The notes under the pieces: generated by a model
Databases searched by the model: none
Seen by the model: the letters and a program-made list of their open reading frames with translations, nothing else
Told to the model about the DNA's origin: nothing
DNA from: a virus
Virus record (IMG/VR): IMGVR_UViG_3300045988_156947
Location: 1 to 39,198 of that record
Length of the DNA: 39,198 nt
Strand: one strand, 5' to 3'
Program-made: the position numbers and the translations under genes
Shown: positions 21,753 through 29,842 of the stretch, one piece after another
Numbering within the stretch: the first letter of the stretch is position 1
Layout of the letters: the number at the start of each line of letters is the position of its first letter

Positions 21753-22163
21753 TCACCACCTCGCGTAACTTGTCGGGTCAACGCAGCCGTAAACATCCTC
21801 TATCGGCTCAAAGCCGTGAGGGATGCGCCGCGCATTGAGAAGCCCCTCCTCGTACTGCTGCTGCCACGAGTTAGCCCGAAGCGGGTCTTCGTCGAGGTAC
21901 AGCGCCGCCGCGAGCCCATAGGGAATAACGCCGAGCAGTATCGTCTGGTCAAAGCCTGTTATTACATCCGTGGGCTCTTCGATAGGCTGCCAATTTGAGC
22001 GCGGGTCGCCGTCGTATGCTTCGCTGTACTGGTAGCACTGCGACAACAGCGCGTTTATGATAGGAACTGCCCTTGCCTTATAGCTCAGGTCGTCATCCGT
22101 TTCGTTCATTATTGCCAGCGCAGACTGATACACTTTGTCTGCGCTTATAAAATCTACTGCCAT
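21753..22163 (-). CDS. Head-tail adaptor / head completion candidate (136 aa)
   Basis: First gene after the capsid gene and its attenuator hairpin. Assignment is by position only. Confidence 0.45.
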   Translation of the reverse strand: MAVDFISADKVYQSALAIMNETDDDLSYKARAVPIINALLSQCYQYSEAYDGDPRSNWQPIEEPTDVITGFDQTILLGVIPYGLAAALYLDEDPLRANSWQQQYEEGLLNARRIPHGFEPIEDVYGCVDPTSYARW

Positions 22164-22185
22164 GGCATTCTCCTGTTTCTATTTC

Positions 22186-22216
22186 AGAAAAAGGCGCACG
22201 GTTAGTGCGCCTTTAG
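22186..22216 (-). terminator. Hairpin plus T-run downstream of the capsid gene (attenuator/terminator)
   Basis: AAGGCGCAC (22191-22199) pairs with GTGCGCCTT (22205-22213). On the minus strand it is followed by TTTTTCT. Confidence 0.6.
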
Positions 22217-22226
22217 GTTGTGCCGC

Positions 22227-23288
22227 TTAGGCTTTAACTGCGTCGTATGCAGTGATGGGGCTGGACAGCATTCCGGTCTTGGAAGCATAGGCGCGGAAAG
22301 TGGTGTCTGCGCTTATGGCAACTGCTGCCGAGTAAACCTTTGCGGTGTCGGAAGTTTTGGGATTGGTGCCGTCGGTGGTGTACTTGATGGTCGCGCCGCT
22401 GGTGGTGCTCTCGATGGTCACCTTGTTGCTCGCATTGGAGAATGTAGGTGCCGCGCACACTGCGTCAGCGTCGGAAGCATAGACATAAATGCCGTCTGCC
22501 TTCTGCGCGAGAACGAAGGAGTCGTAACGGACAAGACCTTCGAGGAGAACGCCCGCAATGCCCGGGGGATTCTCGTGCGCGCGCAGGGTCTTAAGCTTGG
22601 TGGGGTCTGCCGTAGCCTGCTTGTGCTTGATGAGGAACACGACGCCCTTCGGCATGAAAGTGGGCGGAATAGCGACAACAGGAGTGCCGTTAATGTCGCC
22701 TATCTGACGCTTGCTGACGCGCTCGCCGAGACCGTCAGCCTTGAATTCGTCTGCAAGGCGATACTCAATAGCGATGTCGGAGCGCACATACATGACTCTG
22801 CCCTCGAAAGGAACGCCGGCATCGTCAAGTGCGGTCAGACCGGTGAGCATCGCCTTGACGACGGTCGCTTTACCGAGTGCGGTCGCATTGAGCGTGCCGA
22901 GACCCGCGCCCTCTGCCCAAGTGTGGAGACGGTACTTGTCCATTTCGGGAACATAGGCATAGTCCCACATCTGCTTGAGGTAGTTGGATGCCTTCTTGAG
23001 GAAGAGCTGGTCCTGAGTGTTGGTGACGTCGATGGTCTCGGAAAAGCTGCGCTTGCGGCGGAGCTGATAGGTGTTGACCTCGTCCTCGACCTCGTGAGGA
23101 GTACCAAAGCGGTTTGCGGTCTTGGTCGCGTCGTAGTCGTTGAGTTTGCCGGTGTTGATGGTGTAGACCTTGATGGCGTTTACGCCCTCCCACTCGTAGG
23201 AGTTGCCGCACCATGCGTCGGTAAAGGAATTGTGCTTGTATCTCTCGTCAAGCTTGGGAGAGAATTTGAGTGCAAGATTTATTGCCAT
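22227..23288 (-). CDS. Major capsid protein with C-terminal Ig-like (chitobiase/hexosaminidase C-terminal-type) domain
   Basis: GGAGG RBS. Position after the scaffold gene. C-terminus ATIKYTTDGTNPKTSDTAKVYSAAVAISADTTFRAYASKTGMLSSPITAY fits the IxYTTDGSxP...Y...I...T.I.A.A motif. Confidence 0.75.
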   Translation of the reverse strand: MAINLALKFSPKLDERYKHNSFTDAWCGNSYEWEGVNAIKVYTINTGKLNDYDATKTANRFGTPHEVEDEVNTYQLRRKRSFSETIDVTNTQDQLFLKKASNYLKQMWDYAYVPEMDKYRLHTWAEGAGLGTLNATALGKATVVKAMLTGLTALDDAGVPFEGRVMYVRSDIAIEYRLADEFKADGLGERVSKRQIGDINGTPVVAIPPTFMPKGVVFLIKHKQATADPTKLKTLRAHENPPGIAGVLLEGLVRYDSFVLAQKADGIYVYASDADAVCAAPTFSNASNKVTIESTTSGATIKYTTDGTNPKTSDTAKVYSAAVAISADTTFRAYASKTGMLSSPITAYDAVKA

Positions 23289-23328
23289 AATTTATAACCT
23301 CCGTATCTTGCCCCACGGAGATGGATTA

Positions 23329-24183
23329 TCAGTCTTTCCAGTACGAGTCAAAGAGCGCGTCCTTTGCGCTTGAATTGTCCGTTGACTGACTGCCCGTGGA
23401 GCGCTGTTTATTAGCGTTATGCTGCTTCTGCTGCTCCAACTGTCGCGTCAGCTCGGCGATCTTCGCGTCCTTCTGCTTATCGAGATATCTGCCGTATGCG
23501 GCAACGAGACTCCCGCTCTGCTCTACATCTTCCCAAACCTCTTTGGGGATGGACTGCGGGTCTTTCGCCGCATCGGGATATTGACGCATGAACGCTTCAA
23601 TGTCCGCATTTCGGGTATCGTCTGCGGTCTGTCGGTCGCTCTGCTTCTGCTCCCAGTCGGTTTTTTCTTTTGCGAATTTCTTCTTCTCGAAGTCAAACTG
23701 CACTTCACGCAGTGCGGCTTCATAGGGGATTTGCTTTTCTTCGGCTCTAACTGCCGCCGCAGTCGCTTCTATGAACTGGTCGAGCGTCTTGCCCTGACTG
23801 TCCGCCAGTGTTTTGAAGAACTCAAGCCGTTCGTCCGCGCCCTGAAGCGCGGCAAGCTGCGCATTCGCAGCCGTGAGTTTTTCTTTCACGCGGTCATAGT
23901 CAAGTCCTCGCTGTGCAAGTGAGATGACTTCATCGCGTCCAACCGTCTTTGTTTCGTCAAGATGCTTGAGCGTGAATTCTTCGGGCTTGGCGCCCTCGTC
24001 TGCGCTTGGCTCAGTCTGCGCCTCGTCGGGCTGGTCTGCCCCGTCTTCGGCGGTCTGCTCGCCGTCAGCGCCTTCCGTTTCTTCTTCGCTCCCTGCTTCG
24101 GGTATCTCGTCGCTCTCGTCGAGGACAATGTCACTCCATTCGTCGTCAGGGTCGAATACTGCGTTGTTTACGGTTTCGTTCAT
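23329..24183 (-). CDS. Scaffolding protein
   Basis: AGAGG RBS before the internal ATG 24183. Very acidic N-terminus, long charged helical stretches. Lies between the portal and capsid genes. Confidence 0.7.
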   Translation of the reverse strand: MNETVNNAVFDPDDEWSDIVLDESDEIPEAGSEEETEGADGEQTAEDGADQPDEAQTEPSADEGAKPEEFTLKHLDETKTVGRDEVISLAQRGLDYDRVKEKLTAANAQLAALQGADERLEFFKTLADSQGKTLDQFIEATAAAVRAEEKQIPYEAALREVQFDFEKKKFAKEKTDWEQKQSDRQTADDTRNADIEAFMRQYPDAAKDPQSIPKEVWEDVEQSGSLVAAYGRYLDKQKDAKIAELTRQLEQQKQHNANKQRSTGSQSTDNSSAKDALFDSYWKD

Positions 24184-24272
24184 GTGTACCTCTTTCTGCC
24201 TATGGTCGGGCATTTTCGCCTATGGTCGGGCGAGTGTTTTTGAAAATATAACTTCGGCTGGTCTGCCGTTGT

Positions 24273-25955
24273 TTACTGCTGTGCTGCTACCTCTCTTTGC
24301 AGCTGTGAGTTGCCCGAAGTTTCGGGAATGCTCGTTTCGGGGTTGTTCTGTGCTATGACATCGCCGTCGGGAGACATCGCCGCCATTGATGCCGCTTCTG
24401 CCTGCGCCGCCTCCTGCGCCTTGTACTTTTCAAGAAGCTCCTGACGCTTTGCAATATATCCGTCGGGAATTCGTTCAAGGAAGTCCGCCACGGAGATGTG
24501 ACCGAGCTGCAACAGGTTTTCAAGCGTCTGCATGGATGCAACCTCGCTCCAATACGAGCTTGCGCCGACATCAAGTCCGATGGTCATCGGGCAGTCTTTG
24601 ACAAGCGCAAAATCGAAATCGACCTGCATCGATCCTGACGACACGCCCGCAAACTGCGCCGCTTCTTCGCCGACTGCCGCCTCTGCGGGGATATCCACGG
24701 GACGAACGCCATAGTTTGCGCCCATCAGCGCAATGTATATGCTGCCGAGGTCTTCGATGCATTCGTACAGGTTCTGCTTTGTCAGCTCTGCGGGAATGCT
24801 CGCGGCTCTTTGCAGCGCGATAATTGCCGAGGTATTATCGGGTCGGGTATTGCCCAGTGCCGCCGCAGTCGCACCCGTAAGGCTCTGCGTGTTTTGTATC
24901 GTAGAGTCGATAAACTGCGAGATTTGCGGCGACACCTGAGCGGGCTCAAGGATTTTTGCGATGCCGTCAACATTGCCCTGCACTGCGATCTGTGCGCCCA
25001 CCTGATTGGACCATGACTTAACTCTCGTCTTGTCGTAAACTCGCGTCGGAAATGCCGACATCATTAGCGACAGCATCGTCATTGCATAGGCTTTGTTTAT
25101 GAATTCCTGATTGGGGATAAGCCCCGTTATAAGCGCCTGTCCGTGATAGCTGTCCTGTACATAGTCCCAGCATATCCATGTCACGGGATATAGGCTTATC
25201 TCAAGGTCATACGGCTTGCGGATGAGGACATTTCTGCACGTCTCTACGCCCCACACTGTGCCGGTCTCCTTGTTCTTGTATAGTTTGAGCAGAACGGTCA
25301 CTTTGTCGTTTGCGTAGCCGTCCATGCGGGATGCATTGTCGTCATCGTCGCCGCGTATCTGCTCGATCTCAGCCTCCGGCACTCCGTTTGCCCTTGCGGT
25401 CTCTTTCACTTCATCGACCATGCGGCGCTTCCAGATGATGATGTACGGCTGCTTCTGAACGTCGCGGCAGTTTACATTGCCGAACATGACGCGCGAGTTT
25501 TCGATGACTTCGGTGCATATAGCACCTCTAACGCCGTCTATGCCTGTCGGCGCGTCAGCGTCAAAATATGTGAACAGACAGCCGTCACCGTCTACGGCGG
25601 CATTGCGCATCATGATACGCGCGAGCCTCGGCAGCTTATTTACTTTGAACAGCGCCCGCAGCTCGGCATTGACGATTTGCGACAACACTTCAAGCTGCTT
25701 GTCGTTCGCCGTAGCTCTGAGCGGCGTTGCAGAAACCGTGAAGTTATCGGAGGTGATGGTCGCCACCTGATGCAGAACTATCTGCTTGAGAATGTTGAAA
25801 ACAGGCGTCGGGAGCCCATTGCTCGATACGCCCTCCCACTGCTTGCCTATGAAGAAGTTTTCGTTGTTCTTCGCTGTGTCGGCAAGGCGTATCTGATTGT
25901 TAAATTCAAGACCCTTTTCGTACTGCTTCCAAACCTTAGCGCATATATCCCTCAT
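24273..25955 (-). CDS. Portal protein
   Basis: 560 aa, immediately downstream of terL and a small gene. N-terminal NNENFFIGKQWEG motif typical of portal N-termini. Flexible polar C-terminal tail. Confidence 0.75.
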   Translation of the reverse strand: MRDICAKVWKQYEKGLEFNNQIRLADTAKNNENFFIGKQWEGVSSNGLPTPVFNILKQIVLHQVATITSDNFTVSATPLRATANDKQLEVLSQIVNAELRALFKVNKLPRLARIMMRNAAVDGDGCLFTYFDADAPTGIDGVRGAICTEVIENSRVMFGNVNCRDVQKQPYIIIWKRRMVDEVKETARANGVPEAEIEQIRGDDDDNASRMDGYANDKVTVLLKLYKNKETGTVWGVETCRNVLIRKPYDLEISLYPVTWICWDYVQDSYHGQALITGLIPNQEFINKAYAMTMLSLMMSAFPTRVYDKTRVKSWSNQVGAQIAVQGNVDGIAKILEPAQVSPQISQFIDSTIQNTQSLTGATAAALGNTRPDNTSAIIALQRAASIPAELTKQNLYECIEDLGSIYIALMGANYGVRPVDIPAEAAVGEEAAQFAGVSSGSMQVDFDFALVKDCPMTIGLDVGASSYWSEVASMQTLENLLQLGHISVADFLERIPDGYIAKRQELLEKYKAQEAAQAEAASMAAMSPDGDVIAQNNPETSIPETSGNSQLQREVAAQQ

Positions 25956-25964
25956 CGGCTCTCC

Positions 25965-26303
25965 TTACTTGTCCGCTCCATAGCTCTGGCTGCTGTAATT
26001 GAGAATGGAGTTGATGCCCTCCTGTAATCTGCGCTCAGTGTCCTGAGCTGCCTTTGCTGCCTTCGCTTCTTCTTCGGCGGCGTCTTTCGCCGCGTCTATC
26101 AATTCCCGCGCCTTATTAAGCAGCTCTTGTGCCTCGCCTATCTGCTGCTCACAATCTGTGACGCGCGTTTTGAGTTTGCCTATTTCAGTGGCAAGGCTCG
26201 CCGCCATGCCTATTGCATCGTCGGCATTGACTGATACGCGCCTGAGCGCAAACAGTGTGATTACAAGCGCTAACGAGAGCGCCGCTATGGCTATCTGTAT
26301 CAT
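25965..26303 (-). CDS. 112-aa protein with N-terminal TM helix and coiled coil
   Basis: AGGAGG RBS. IAIAALSLALVITLFAL helix followed by a charged helical region. Confidence 0.6.
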   Translation of the reverse strand: MIQIAIAALSLALVITLFALRRVSVNADDAIGMAASLATEIGKLKTRVTDCEQQIGEAQELLNKARELIDAAKDAAEEEAKAAKAAQDTERRLQEGINSILNYSSQSYGADK

Positions 26304-26311
26304 TTGTCCTC

Positions 26312-27742
26312 CTAAGCGAATATGTAACTTTTCGTGATGCAGCCGCCTGTCATGTAGCTCTCATAGTCCTCGTCGGCGTCATCTATGTCATCTTCTGCGA
26401 CATTCCCGCCGCGCTCTTCGTCAGCCTCCGCAAGTGTGCGGGATATGCAGAAGTATCGCAGCATATCGGGCAAGTGCGTTATTTCGTGCGGCTGGCTCGC
26501 GCAGTCGTTCGGGTCTTTGTCGTCTGCCTGTATCGCCTGGATGTCGTCTATCATGTTCCGGCAATTGCTGAACACGATAAGCCCAGGCTTTCCGTCGTCG
26601 AGGTTTTTGAAATACTCCTTGACTTGAAGCCAGCCTTGAACGCGGCTTCGGCTTGCCTTGACGATGGACACGCCGTTTTGCAGAAACACTTCTGCCATCG
26701 TCTTGCCTGTGTCCTTCTGCCGCGACCATATATCGTCAGGGGCATATGTGCACATGATTTTCTCGTCAAGCCCCGTGTATTCGAGTATCTTGTCCGCAGC
26801 GTCCGACACTATCAGTCCGCTTTCCTTTATCTCGCGGTACATGTACACTCGACCGTCGGGGGATATCGCAAACCAACCTACGGCAAGACAGTCAAGACCA
26901 TAGTCAATTGCCCTGTACCGCACCCAATTCTTCGGGATTGGAAACGGCTTGCAAGTATGCGTCGCCGTCTGGAACTCAGGAAAATAGTTTCCGCTCAATG
27001 CATCCCAGTCGCCATACCTGTGCGCCTTGCGGATGTTCTCGGGCAAGTGGGACAGCATCGCAAGATAACCCTTGCCGCCTTCGGAATTCATCAGCGCCGT
27101 ATTGTCTGTGACAAGCGCCTGTATGAACTCGTATTCGTTCGGGTCTTCGTTTTCTTCGGGGTTTTCACTGTCCGTTATGAACTGCCTGTCTATAAACAAG
27201 CGCTTCACCCAGCGATGCCCGACACCGCCGGGGTTCATCGTCAACCTGAATTTCTTAGGTATCCTGTTGACGCCTCGCAAGCAGCCGCCTAACAGCCTGA
27301 ATTCTGCCTCTGTGAACTGCGTCGCCTCATCCATGAATATCCAGTCAAATTCCTGCCCCTGATATTCATCTGCCGCCTGTTGATACGACTGGAAGTGTCC
27401 GAGTTTGATCGTCGAGCCGTTTATGAAATAATACTGGTGAAGCTGCGAGTTGTACTCTGCAATGGTGCTCGGTATCAGTTTGTTGAGGGGCTCAACATAG
27501 TTGCCCTGCAAGTCCGTGTAGCGCCGTCTCACGATGAGTATCTTGATGCCTGAATATTTCAGCGCTCCGCGTACTGAATCTATCCTGACAGCATGGCTCT
27601 TGCCGCCGCCTCTCGCCCCGCCATACCCGCAATACTTCGCTTTGCTGTTGAGAAATTCCACCTGTTTGGGGTTGAGTTTTCCGAGGTCTATCTGCGTGCC
27701 GTTGGCCTTCACCGCCGCTTTCGCTGTGCTAATTCTTGCCAA
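26312..27742 (-). CDS. terL: Terminase large subunit
   Basis: Walker A-like GGARGGGKSH, Walker B-like WIFMDEATQF, C-terminal nuclease-type region. Apparent TTG start directly after an in-frame TGA. Confidence 0.9.
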   Translation of the reverse strand: MARISTAKAAVKANGTQIDLGKLNPKQVEFLNSKAKYCGYGGARGGGKSHAVRIDSVRGALKYSGIKILIVRRRYTDLQGNYVEPLNKLIPSTIAEYNSQLHQYYFINGSTIKLGHFQSYQQAADEYQGQEFDWIFMDEATQFTEAEFRLLGGCLRGVNRIPKKFRLTMNPGGVGHRWVKRLFIDRQFITDSENPEENEDPNEYEFIQALVTDNTALMNSEGGKGYLAMLSHLPENIRKAHRYGDWDALSGNYFPEFQTATHTCKPFPIPKNWVRYRAIDYGLDCLAVGWFAISPDGRVYMYREIKESGLIVSDAADKILEYTGLDEKIMCTYAPDDIWSRQKDTGKTMAEVFLQNGVSIVKASRSRVQGWLQVKEYFKNLDDGKPGLIVFSNCRNMIDDIQAIQADDKDPNDCASQPHEITHLPDMLRYFCISRTLAEADEERGGNVAEDDIDDADEDYESYMTGGCITKSYIFA

Positions 27743-28096
27743 TCACTTCACGCCCCCATCTTTCAAAATTTCTCGCTATCATTTCGTAAAGCCCTACGCC
27801 CTCTTTTCCCCTACCCCCTTATAGTTTCCTATAATTGAGTTTGTGGCTGTATGTATATATCTCTATACCCTTCGCCCGAAGGCACCGCCTGTTTTCCGGC
27901 ACCCCCACCACAGGCACGAGGACGGCGGGACCGTCTGCCGCCGGAGGCGGGGCAGGGCATCGCCCAGGGCGCGGAGCGGGACAAATCGCCATTGATGCGG
28001 TGCTGAATACATCGCCCCGTGTATGCACTGATTATGCATTGATATTGGGGTATATCAGGCAGTTATTAAACAAAATATAAATTATGTTTAATTCGC

Positions 28097-28124
28097 AATT
28101 GCAAGAAATGCAGTAATTGCAAGG
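28097..28124. repeat. Two AATTGCAAG direct repeats in the terS-terL spacer
   Basis: AATTGCAAG at 28097-28105 and 28116-28124. Confidence 0.4.
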
Positions 28125-28190
28125 CTTTGCGGGTTTTGTGCCTAAATGAATAATATGCATCGCGGAATTGGTAAATCGAAACGGATAAAT

Positions 28191-28685
28191 TTACATCTGC
28201 CGCCCCTGATCGTCCAGCAATTTAATGCTGATTTTCACATCGCCGGAGGTGCTGCCGTCTGCCCTATCTGAATACCCGCCGTAATATTTTTGTTTCGATA
28301 GCCATATGCAGTAGGTTTGTAACTTCGGGTTGATAAAACCTGTACGAATTACACCAATTCCAAGTTTTATTTCCGCATTTTTTATAGATTTTTGAAGCTC
28401 TATTCTTTGTGTATACAATGCTATATACACTTTATAATCTTTATCTTTAGCATTTTGATTACTCTCTGTAAAACTATCAGGAGATAATAGATTATCGTTA
28501 AAATCTCTGTATTTATCCCAATAACTACGGGATATAGATAGTGCATCTAATAGTTCTTCGATCAACAGCGGGTACGCCTTCGCGGGTTCGGCGGCGTTGG
28601 CTTCGTCGCGCTCTGCCAGGAGCCTTTCAACTGTAGCATCTACTACACTTCCAGTAACTTTTAAATCCCTGTACGGCTGTTTCAT
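28191..28685 (-). CDS. Terminase small subunit candidate (164 aa)
   Basis: GAGGAGGTGG RBS before the internal ATG 28685. PLLIEELLDALSISRSYWDKY resembles the terS HTH segment. First gene of the late operon. Contains an AT-rich island. Confidence 0.5.
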   Translation of the reverse strand: MKQPYRDLKVTGSVVDATVERLLAERDEANAAEPAKAYPLLIEELLDALSISRSYWDKYRDFNDNLLSPDSFTESNQNAKDKDYKVYIALYTQRIELQKSIKNAEIKLGIGVIRTGFINPKLQTYCIWLSKQKYYGGYSDRADGSTSGDVKISIKLLDDQGRQM

Positions 28686-28724
28686 TTTGTCCACCTCCTC
28701 TGCTTTTGTGTAGCATTTACTACA

Positions 28725-28753
28725 CACATAGTAGCCCCGCATTTATGTGGCAA
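28725..28753 (-). promoter_or_regulatory. Weak promoter-like hexamers for the late operon (TTGCCA-17-TATGTG), overlapped by a palindrome
   Basis: Plus strand shows TGGCAA at 28748-28753 and CACATA at 28725-28730. Palindrome TGTGTAG...CTACACA at 28707-28726. Confidence 0.25.
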
Positions 28754-28872
28754 AAAGTACGCAAAATTTTTGCGATACGTTGCCGACGGCGTGCAGCTTG
28801 TGCGCATTTGTGCAAACTGCACCATTTCGACAGCTTGTCTTTGTGCAATCCTCCAAATGTGGCGAAAAGGGG

Positions 28873-28902
28873 TTGACATACTGCGATGTATGGCGTTAAG
28901 AT
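28873..28902 (+). promoter_or_regulatory. Early promoter TTGACA-18-TAAGAT
   Basis: TTGACA at 28873-28878 and TAAGAT at 28897-28902, about 60 nt upstream of the first plus-strand early gene. Confidence 0.55.
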
Positions 28903-28960
28903 ATGGCCACAAAGCAAAAACACCCACAACGAAAACGAAAAATGAAAAGGAGACAGAAAA

Positions 28961-29299
28961 ATGAGCAACACTAAATTCACAATCACCGCCGAAGAAATCA
29001 TTAACATGGGCGTGAAGAAAACCCCCATCGCATGGGCCGAGGACGGCACCCTCGCCGAAAACATTTACAGTGGCGACCGCGAGTATTTATACAACGGTTT
29101 TAACGATGATGTCGTTGCCGGTGGCTGGCTGGCGGGAACCAATGCCGGGTACGAATGTGAAAATTCGCTGGAAGCCTGCGACGCATGGAATCACATCGCG
29201 GCGCTGCAAGACGAAATCGCGTCAAGTACCACATGGTACGATATCGACGAAGACGAAGCCGGACGCATTGCCGACTACCTCAACGCGGTTAACGCTTAA
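28961..29299 (+). CDS. Strongly acidic 112-aa early protein (anti-defence / DNA-mimic candidate)
   Basis: AAAGGAG RBS. About 20 Asp/Glu against about 5 Lys/Arg by eye. First gene after the early promoter. Confidence 0.7.
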   Translation: MSNTKFTITAEEIINMGVKKTPIAWAEDGTLAENIYSGDREYLYNGFNDDVVAGGWLAGTNAGYECENSLEACDAWNHIAALQDEIASSTTWYDIDEDEAGRIADYLNAVNA

Positions 29300-29303
29300 A
29301 TCT

Positions 29304-29321
29304 GAGGGGCGCAAGCCCCTC
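29304..29321 (+). other. GC-rich hairpin with GNRA loop (GAGGGGC-GCAA-GCCCCTC) right after the first early gene
   Basis: Perfect 7-bp stem. No T-run follows. Confidence 0.6.
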
Positions 29322-29340
29322 CCCTACACCATGGAAGGAG

Positions 29341-29550
29341 GTGATCCGAACGGCACGCAAAACCACCACCAGCAGCGAGGTAAAAAGCCGCTGGATCAAC
29401 GCCAATTACAAACGATACGGCGTTAGCCTGCGGTATGATACCGACGGCGATCTGATCGAATACCTCGACGCGCACAAGGGCGACGACGGCAAAGGCACAA
29501 CGCAAATCATCCGGCAAGCCCTAATCGATCACATCAACAACAGCGACTAA
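29341..29550 (+). CDS. Ribbon-helix-helix-like small regulator
   Basis: YKRYGVSLRYDTDGDLIEYLDAHKG...TTQIIRQALIDHI fits a beta-strand plus two helices. The GTG start overlaps the GGAGG, so the start is uncertain. Confidence 0.5.
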   Translation: MIRTARKTTTSSEVKSRWINANYKRYGVSLRYDTDGDLIEYLDAHKGDDGKGTTQIIRQALIDHINNSD

Positions 29551-29624
29551 AAACGGGGACTAATCCAGTCCCCGTTAAATAATAACATACATCGATGTAT
29601 GTACAATCTGAAAGGAGCACGCAA

Positions 29625-29810
29625 ATGAAATTTAGTTTCAAGGAATGGGCAGCCATTAAGCACGATTTAGAGGTCGCTGAGCGAAAATATATAGAAATGA
29701 TGAATACCAGCGAGATATCAGAAGATGCAAATTCGCTCTATCAGATTTTCAAGAAGCAAGCAGCGCGCACCAGGGAATTTATAGACCGCATTGAAAATGC
29801 GGAAATTTGA
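29625..29810 (+). CDS. Hypothetical 61-aa helical protein
   Basis: GAAAGGAG RBS before the internal ATG 29625. Confidence 0.6.
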   Translation: MKFSFKEWAAIKHDLEVAERKYIEMMNTSEISEDANSLYQIFKKQAARTREFIDRIENAEI

Positions 29811-29842
29811 GCCCCTATCCGGTATTGAAAAGGAGTATAAAA

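Noticed and set aside
22218-23297. A 359-aa plus-strand ORF and several Arg-rich minus-strand ORFs overlapping the capsid gene.
   Set aside because: They are shadow frames of 22227..23288. That gene has a GGAGG RBS, fits the operon and carries a recognisable C-terminal domain.
27819-28080. ORFs 27819..28028 (-) and 27835..28080 (+) in the terS-terL spacer.
   Set aside because: These are Pro/Ala/Gly low-complexity translations of a GC-rich stretch on both strands, with no RBS. The region is treated as non-coding.
29070-29426. A 118-aa plus-strand ORF overlapping the acidic protein gene and the start of the RHH gene.
   Set aside because: It is an alternative frame with no RBS and a basic low-complexity product. 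It conflicts with two better-supported genes.
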